From the NCBI GenBank assembly GCA_001655205.1, contig LPNZ01011243.1, forward strand, positions 1-41,895: 41,895 bases of DNA, given 5' to 3'. Below are positions 33,563 through 41,895 of this stretch, in pieces. The position numbers were made by a program, and so were the translations under genes. The notes under the pieces are model-generated. The model was not told where the DNA came from, made no database searches, and saw only the letters and a list, made by a program, of their open reading frames with translations. The stretch's first letter is position 1. Every line of letters starts with the position of its first letter. The stretch is from Lenisia limosa (lineage: Eukaryota > Protista > Breviatea).

Positions 33563-36500
33563 ATGACGTTAGTCAAGTTAATAGATAAGGCCACTGGCGA
33601 GTCGACGATTAATTTTGGACGCTTTGTTGCATCCTCTCAGAAGATCCTACGAACGGTGGTACTTCAGTCTGTAGCAGAGGTTGGAAAAGGGTTCCAAGAA
33701 CTCGGTGAAGATTTTTGGCATTTTCACTTTGATACTTCCCATTTTTGACTGTTTTTTTGTTTTGTTTTTTTTATACATCGATATATATATAATATATCAT
33801 ATATTGTATATTTTTATTGTTGTTTGTTTATTTATTATTATGTAGTGAAGTGGTTCCCTTTAATCTCTTCAACTCCTTTTATTATATTATTCGTTCTATT
33901 CGTTTTGTAACCACAGTGTTTTTGAAAAGTTGTATTTGATGTATTCAGGTTGAAGGCAATATTATGTTATACTTGATGATGACTGCTTCAGCGATACAAC
34001 TTTGGATTATATCTCATCTCTATATCATATATATATACTTGATGACCTATTTCTAATAACCATTTAAAATTTTAAAATTACTGCGATAACATTGAACCAT
34101 ACAGATCGACCTTCAAGTTCAGTTAGCCTGCACCTATGGACGGCATGTTCAATTCCAAGCCAAACCCCCAGGCTTGCCGGAATTGTCACAAACTCCAGGA
34201 GCCCAGGGGCCTTGGAATGAAATGTTCAACCAAGCTTGCGTGGTGGACTCTGTTTTAGTCCCGGCTCGGGGAGAAGTGGAGTTAATTGCTTCGTTCCTTG
34301 CTGACGGCTCTGGTGCGGGGGTTGCAGGGGGCATCTTTGACTATTGATGCTTGATGACTCGATCCTTTGGTAAATATTCTTTACTAGAGATGTATATCGA
34401 TATTAAAATGTACATATATATATATGTTTGAAAAATATTGTACATGATATGTTATTAGCAGATATGAGTGAAGCTCTCACCGGGATATTCTATATTAGTA
34501 ACAAGACATTTTATAAAGGGTGGTATGAATCTCTTTATAATAATTTAAAGTTCCCCTTTTGGGATTTGTTGTGTTGTAACAGTTTAGACTTAGAGGGAGT
34601 ACAAAAGTCTGGCAAGGTTCGGCACGCAATTCACCGAATTAAAGTGAGTCTGCTTTTCAACAAACTCCAAATGGAACTTTGTAATATGTTCCCCTTAGCA
34701 ATCAGTCTGGATACTTGGGACTCTTTATGGACAATAATGTCCACAAAGTTCCCTGGATATTTACATGGGGTTACTGAAGGGCGGAGCATTTTATGCGTAG
34801 CTTTTTTTTTAATGAGAGTACCAAGGAACCCCTGAATTTCGGTACCGCAAAGTACTCCTTGTTTCCTTGTTTTTCATATTACAGTTATATAAAAAGTGTT
34901 AGAAAGGATGGCGTTGTTGTACGATATATAGGGCCTCACTCCGGTCCGAAAAGACCAGTAAACTATCGAAATATCTCGAAGATTTATCGAGAAATCCATT
35001 TTCTGGATCGGAGTAAAGCCTAAATGATATGGTACATGATAAACTATGCCAACAGTCATTTAGGACGAGGTATCGGTCCTGGCGGGAGGTTTCACCCAGA
35101 AAGTAGCCATTCGAGCACAGGCATGCAAGGCTGCCTTCCATATCAGCTGCCAACAGATCTCTTTAGACCAGTGGGTGGCCAAATGATAATATTCAGGAAC
35201 ATGTAATTCAAAAGTCGTTTGTAATATTATTTTTTACATAATTAATACATGTCATATATCTTCTATGTATCATACTAAAAATATTTGATGAAGTGGAGGT
35301 ACGCAGAAAGCTGTTAGCAGAGAGTTGTAAGGCAAATGATTGGGTGAATTAATACTAATTCAACATCTCTTAAAAGGATGGCGTGGACGGCTTCAGCCAG
35401 ATAAACTCTTGTTTTTTTATTTCTTGTTGCTATAATACAGATATGTGCATATGATATACTGTAGATTATATTAGTGAAAGTCAAAAATAAACGATAATTT
35501 CAGTAATAACTTGGTGATCACCTCTTCAGTCTTCTTGTCGGTGAAATGGAGGTACAAGAGCTCTCCGTCTTCAATGACTGTGAATTGGATCTAACAATCA
35601 CTGCCCACATTGACCATTTCCCATCAGGCCAGATCAAGGTCTCAGATTATGAAACGAGTCAACCCAGTGCGCGGGGGGGGGGGGGTCACAAATTTATCGT
35701 TAATTTTNNNNNNNNNNNNNNNNNNNNNNNNNNNNNNNNNNNNNNNNNNNNNNNNNNNTTGTTCGTTTTTGTGCTGATATTCCAGTTCGAGATTTTGTTG
35801 TACCTGGCTTCCAAGAAAGGCGATTAAGAATGACATATCTCCCCATTCAAGCGGTTTGATTGGCATTCTCTCATTGTTTTACTATTAATGCAGGTAGTAT
35901 GTCAATCTGGCTGAAGTGTTGTCAACTTTCACATCATTTTCACCAAATTTGATAATACCAATAATGCGAAATATTAATGTCATAAATTAAAAGGCAGTTG
36001 TTTTGATTGACCCAAGATTTGGGAGAAAATTACGATTGATGAAGTCTCACTTTTTGGTAACATACAAAATATATTTTGGCATCATTCTAACACCTTAGGG
36101 CGACACAATGACGGAGGTGTTCTTCGAGGAGGCGACAGGGCAGTCCTCTGCCATTTGTGTCGTTCACATTTCGTGTGCCACAACTCAGAAATCGGTGGGA
36201 TGCTTTTTAAGGTGTAATCTTTTTCATATTACATAATAGTATCCTATTTCTGTTCCTCGTGACTTCAAGGCCTATCTCGGAGTGGACTTGGACGCTGGGA
36301 ACACCCTTCTGTTCCCTGCATGTGCTTGGGGCGAAGAGGCAAGGAGAGAACTGGTATGGCCAAATTGTATTAATACTGTTTTTTTATGTATTTATTTATG
36401 TGTTGACACTCCCAGGTCTTACAGAACCTACACCATGACTCTGTTGATGTTTCCCTCTCCAGCCCAAAAGGTCATGATCATATCTACACTTAATTTTTCA

Positions 36501-39500
36501 TCTTTTCATACTATCGTTGCTCCTTATTGCCTTGTATCTTTTGACTCACACCATGTTATCGCCGCAGGCTATGAGGTGTCCATGGCCATGGTTGATGGTG
36601 GTGAGGATGAGCTTGGAAACCAATCATCCTCAATAGACCCAACAATCAAAGCGCCACTCACTGATCAAAGTGGGTGTTTGCTTTTCACCCAAGCTTTGTC
36701 ATTTCCGGACTACTGTGATAATAATCCCCCCCCCCCCAGTATCCGCCACCAACTCCCGCGGGGTGTCTACATCGAACGTCACAGCCAAGCCCAACGCACT
36801 TCTTGATGAGGTCACAATTGGCCCGGGTAAAGCACGCGCTGTGGTGATATCCTTCAAGCCAGCCCGAAATCACTGGTACGCTGTTCAATGCTAAAGAATG
36901 AAGGATCTCGAGTTAGAACGCCAAATTGGATTAAGAAACTTGATCCGACACGAACAATTAATTTTATTTTATTACCACTAGCTCCACAATCAACCCCCTC
37001 CGCCTTGAGCGCTGCGCCTTCCGTCTGTCTCTTCTGTGTCGTCGGGATGGTTTCTTAGTGGACCGCAAGAACGTCTACGGTACCCCTGGGATATCGCGAA
37101 TATTGGTCTCACGATCTAGCCTCGGGAGCAGTGTGCGAGTCTTCCATCCGCGTGGAGCCGAGCCGTTTGCATGTCGGTGATGTCAGCATCGGCTCCGTTC
37201 TCACCCCGAAGTTTAGGGTTCATAACTTCTCTGAAATCCCGGTATCAGTCCGGGTCAACTTGACCAGCCAAGTAATGATGTGTCTCGACCCTTTGGTTAC
37301 AATTGCTCCAAAAACGGTATGGTTGTGAATGCGTTGGAGAGTTAAAAAGACCCAAAGTTAAGCATGTTAAGGCCGAGTCCTCTTTATTGTGTCATCTTCG
37401 TTTGTTCAACTGTTATTCACTTCCATCAAAACATGTTTACCTTGTAGAGTGCAAATGTACGGTTTAACTATGAGCCAAAAACCGTGTCACATAGCTACCA
37501 GAAGAGCATAACGTTTATCAACTGCAGCAATGCAGCCAATAACCAGGTTTGTGGTGTTCCAACTCCATTTGTCACATTCAATTACCTCATGAGTCACATT
37601 CAATCACCTCATGAGTCATTCAGGTTGTCGAAGTTCGAGGACAGAACTTTGACACACATAAGGTTTCCCTCCATTCTGCATTCTACAAGGTTTGCCTCAA
37701 ATCTTACTTCCGTGTTTTTTTTTGGCTGTTCTCATTTTGCTTCCTGAGTTGTCTATCATCCAAACGCTTCTGATTTTCAGTTCTTCTCGCCTTCGGACCC
37801 TAACAGCATCCGGTTTGGCAAAGTGGCATTGGGAGACTACACTGCAGGTGCGAGGTGACTTCGGCAACTATAGTTTTAAAAAATTCAGTCTTTTCTTCTT
37901 TGGAAGGGAAGCCCTTGTCTTGAACACACCTACTGGGTATTAACCTTTCGAAAATGTATCATTGTTTTGTTATATTTTCTTGCCTTTTCTAAATGGAGTG
38001 ACACATTACAAATGCAGCACTTGTGGGGCTTCGCAACGCCACTTCTCAGCCACTGTCTCTTCGTCTGTCGTCACCTCACCCCAATGTCACTGTACACTCC
38101 TTCAAGCCCAAGGGAAATGAGGTGCGATACGAGTTATGTTGTTCATACTCTTGCATTTGATGAAATAGTATTAAATTAGTCGTTTGTATTTTGTTATTGA
38201 TACTGAAGCGTCTTAGATTACACCGCTTCCAAGTGTTGCTGTGGACCTACCTTCTAATCTGAAGTGGCTTGACCTGTCCTGTAAGCTATTTACACTTTTT
38301 GTTGCGGTTGTTTTTGTGTTGGTTGTTCGAGGCCAAATCTCAATTGTTCACCCAAGCCACACTTTTATAATGTTACTTATTCCCAAAATTGTTTTTGTTT
38401 AATTAGGTTTGCCATTTGCAAGATATTTCGGAACTGACCATGCAGACAAAGAGAAGCGGCGTCAAAGAGGCCGACACCTCAGAACTAAGACCGTTAAGGT
38501 TGAGCCTAAGCCGGCAGGCCGCAGCACTTTGTTCGGTATTTAGGCTTTTTTATGTTGTATTAGGAGTGGAGTGACTCTTTCAGATGGCTTGGCACCAAGG
38601 CTCTGGGACTCTGTTCGCGCCATTTTACCGAAACTTCTTTCAACCACTGCTGATGTCACCGAAACAATTGTCAAGGAAGAAGAAAAGCCTCAGAAAAAAG
38701 TGGGATTTTGTCCTTTGCAACATGATTCTTTTGTCCTTTACAACATGGTTCTTTTGTCCTTTGTAACATGATTCTTTTGTCCTTTGCAACATGATTCTTT
38801 TGTCCTTTGCAACATGATTCTTTTGTCCTTTGCAACATTGAGCGCGCGCGCTCATTTCCTTTCACCCCCCCCCCCNNNNNNNNNNNNNNNNNNNNNNNNN
38901 NNNNNNNNNNNNNNNNNNNNNNNNNNNNNNNNNNNNNNNNNNNNNNNNNNNNNNNNNNNNNNNNNNNNNATAGGAGTTTTTTTTTTTGAACGAACGCATG
39001 TTATCTTCTTTGGACCAAATCTCAGACTATTTAAAATAAGTCTAAAACCTCCGCCGGAATTTATGTTAATTGAGAAATTATTGGTACATTCGCGCCCTGA
39101 AGTGAAACCGGAAATCTGACCCGCAGGATCAAGCGATGATGCACGGCAGGAACTGTCGGAAGAAAACGCTGACTTTTCTCAATCTTCCGAGGATAATGAA
39201 AATGAAGCCCCAATGTGGGTTGGAGCATATTACAAATGATCTTTCATTCCACTCCCCTTAAACTAATTTTTTAGAACCCGGCGGAAAGCATCAGGAAAAC
39301 AGAAACGTTGGTTTGTACTTTTATTTGATCTCATATACTAATGTAACATCTAAGGAATATGATTATCCGGCAACGTGGAATCTTATTATTTTTCAAGAAA
39401 AACAAGTAACCCCACCCCTCAGGCCTTCGGCTAGTTACCACTTCCGACAATTCGGATGACACCTCACCTTCCGATTCCGATTCCGACAACCAGGATGTTG

Positions 39501-41895
39501 CCGTGGGGAGGCTCGGGATGTTGCCGTGGGGAGGCTCAGGATATTGCCGTGGGGAGGCTCAGGATTTTCTCTTTTCTGTTTGTACCTTTTTTATAGGGTG
39601 GTAGCGAGCTCCTTCTAAATGCAAACATTATTGCCTACTGAGTGAAAAGGTTTTTATAACCATGACTGTTTTGTGCTGGTTTTTTTTTGAAACTCGCTTC
39701 AGAAACGGTGACTCATTCTCTGGTCATTTGCTTAGGAAGAAGCGGTGACGGCCACAAAGGAGCCCCTCAAGTCCACTAGGTTCAAGCCTAAGCTACTGTT
39801 CAAGGACATGTTCAACATCCCAAGGTAGTTGCAATACCCGAAGAGGCCCCAAGGCTGACCGTCTAGGTTCCATACGATCGAGACAGAGCAGGCCTATGTT
39901 AAGCATGCCAAGGCGATTCGTGACGAGTTCTCTGCCGGTACGACCGCCATTATCTTATCCAATCCCCACGACCACCATTATCTTATCCAATCCCCCTCCC
40001 CAGGCAACATGTTGATTTTGGGAGTTTTATTCTTATCCCCCCCCCCCNNNNNNNNNNNNNNNNNNNNNNNNNNNNNNNNNNNNNNNNNNNNNNNNNNNNN
40101 NNNNNNNNNNNNNNNNNNNNNNNNNNNNNNNNNNNNNNNNNNNNNNNNNNNNNNNNNNNATCGAGTGGACGGATGCCAGTGGTCACAGAGGTCCACCTGG
40201 GTCCGGATGAAGAAATCCCGCTGGTTGTGGCTCTGAAGCCTAGCTGTATGTCGGTTACCATCTATCCATAAATAATTTGCATCTAATAGTATTGCTGTAC
40301 TTTGTCCATTATAAACTGGTTGACGTGACCCTGCAGTGGACACAGCGGATAAAGCAGGTCGTGGAGTGGACGTAGTCACCAAGCTGCTTATTTCTCTGGT
40401 AGGCTCCTTTTATCAGTGGAGCATCATAAATACTCTATCAGAATACGTAACTATCTATTTATCAATCCTTACACCCCCCAGGTTAAATACGACAAATCCC
40501 TAGACCCGCGGCCTGAAAATGAGCATGACCTCCCGCCCCCAATGAGAGATGTAGAACTTTACGCCACTTGCTTCTCTGGTCCGGCTATGTCTACCTTGGG
40601 TTATTGGTTGAAAGAATAAGGGTTGACATTGTAGGAGGACTGAGTGTCAACCAGAAGCACATCAGTTTCGGCACTGTGACCACCGGCTCCGTCATGACGT
40701 CATCATGTTTGCGGTCGTTTGACGCTAATGTTCAATAGTATTCATAAACAAGATGATGTGGACGCCTTAACCAGAGACACCTTTTATCATTTCAGCCTCT
40801 TTCAGTAATATACATGAATCCCCGTCCNNNNNNNNNNNNNNNNNNNNNNNNNNNNNNNNNNNNNNNNNNNNNNNNNNNNNNNNNNNNNNNNNNNNNNNNN
40901 NNNNNNNNNNNNNNNNNNNNNNNNNNNNNNNNNNNNNNNNNNNNNNNNNNNNNNNNNNNNNNNNNNNNNNNNNNNNNNNNNNNNNNNNNNNNNNNNNNNN
41001 NNNNNNNNNNNNNNNNNNNNNNNNNNNNNNNNNNNNNNNNNNNNNNNNNNNNNNNNNNNNATTCAGTTTCGATTCGCAACGCCGGCGCTGTGGACGTTCC
41101 CTTCCGAGTTGCCTTATCGGGAAGGTTCGCATCAGACGACATTCAGTTCCCTTCTGGTTGGGGGTATTGGATAACAATGGAGGTTTTGAGCTTCCTGTGG
41201 TTTGAAATATAAATAAAGACCGATATCTACCAACGCCTGTTTTTGGGCAGAAATGACCCCGTAGAACCTGTTGGAGTTGTTAGAAGACTAGAGTCTAGAC
41301 AAATCGAGTTCAAGTTCAAACCCGTTAGCTCTGGTGGGGGGGGGGCTCTTGTTGTATTAAGTAGCCTGGGCCATAATTGTGTTGTTTCTGAGAGGTTTCT
41401 CACACCAATCATCGCCAGGACTGTACCAGGAGCAGCTTCGCATCGTGAACGTCAACTCGGCCGAAGACTCAGCCAGTATCATCATCAAGGCCATGGTTGA
41501 GAAGGTGGGAAAAAAGGACCCCCTAGATTGTAATTCCGTTGATGGTTGTAGCCCTAGATTGTAATTCCGTTGATGGTTGTAGCCCTAGATTGTAATTCCG
41601 TTGATGGTTGTAGCCCAAAACGTTCACGTTGAAATGTGACGATAAATTGGACTTTGGAGTAGTTCCACTTGAAAGCCGATCAGTCCAACATGTGAGCCAA
41701 TAATGCAATAGTTGAATAGGTGAATAATATGCATAATGCTTTAGGTTATGGTCATCGCCAACACAAGCTCATCGTCTCGAAAGTTTCATCTCCAAGCACT
41801 GGGTGACCTTTCATGTTAGGAAGAGGGGGGTGTGACCTTTCATGTTAGGAAGAGGGGGGGGTGACCTTTCATGTTAGGAAGAGGGGGGTGTGACC
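33563..41895 (+). CDS. Very large multi-exon protein with repeated ASH/Ig-like (Hydin/CFAP47/CFAP65-type) domains; runs off the right edge
   Basis: Repeated starts of the form [LI]xFGx[VL]xxG...[LV]xN: STINFGRFVASSQKILRTVVLQS, LLVGEMEVQELSVFNDCELDL, LLFPACAWGEEARRELVLQNLH, VEPSRLHVGDVSIGSVLTPKFRVHNFSEIP, VNQKHISFGTVTTGSV, VSIRNAGAVDVPF. Four N gaps; full exon structure unresolved. Confidence 0.65.
35295..35345 (+). repeat. Dispersed ~51-bp repeat, copy B
   Basis: GGAGGTACGCAGAAAGCTGTTAGCAGAGAGTTGTAAGGCAAATGATTGGGT; 47/51 identical to the reverse complement of 1-51. Confidence 0.85.
37571..37622. repeat. Intronic tandem repeat, ~2.3 x 22 bp
   Basis: GTCACATTCAAT(T/C)ACCTCATGA twice plus a partial copy, 24 nt after the donor at 37547. 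Confidence 0.85.
38706..38838. repeat. Intronic tandem repeat, ~5.8 x 23 bp
   Basis: Unit TTTTGTCCTTTGCAACATGATTC, starting 6 nt after the donor at 38700. Confidence 0.95.
39491..39565. repeat. Tandem repeat, ~3.3 x 23 bp, overlapping a likely exon end and donor
   Basis: Unit CAGGATGTTGCCGTGGGGAGGCT; each copy contains GCC|GTGGGG. Confidence 0.9.
39941..39995. repeat. Intronic duplication, 2 x 28 bp
   Basis: CGACC(G/A)CCATTATCTTATCCAATCCCC, starting 3 nt after the donor at 39938. Confidence 0.9.
41521..41613. repeat. Intronic tandem repeat, 3 x 31 bp, perfect
   Basis: Unit CCCTAGATTGTAATTCCGTTGATGGTTGTAG, 16 nt after the donor at 41505. Confidence 0.95.
41803..41895. repeat. Tandem repeat, at least 3 x 29-30 bp, starting at a likely donor; cut by window edge
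   Basis: Unit GTGACCTTTCATGTTAGGAAGAGGGGGG(T/G) directly after exon end CACTGG|. Confidence 0.9.

Overview
Gene-dense, intron-rich eukaryotic (probably protist) genomic DNA using the standard genetic code and GT-AG introns of about 23-640 nt; the organism cannot be named from sequence alone. Exons were assembled by hand, so the six-frame ORF track mostly shows exon fragments or antisense noise. Left to right: a divergent cullin-like gene (-, likely running off the left edge), a CLK/LAMMER kinase (+), a long RS/Glu-rich protein with a PP1 RVxF motif and a C-terminal WW domain (+), TMEM115-like (-), tRNA-Ser(AGA) (+), TRAPPC12-like (-), an acidic/basic low-complexity protein (+), a three-RRM SR-like protein (-), a GlpT/SLC37-type MFS transporter (+), a selenocysteine-containing MsrA (-), a hypothetical protein (-) and a very large multi-ASH/Ig-like protein (+, running off the right edge). 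The standout is MsrA: the catalytic Cys of GCFW is an in-frame TGA, and the 3' UTR holds a well-paired SECIS whose apical loop is interrupted by an apparent 31-nt GTAAGT...TTCAG intron, so the canonical SECIS would form only after splicing. Also seen: two TTAA-type MITE-like elements sharing TIRs, a dispersed 51-bp repeat, and many 22-31 bp tandem duplications at or near splice sites. All family calls are from recalled motifs, not database searches.
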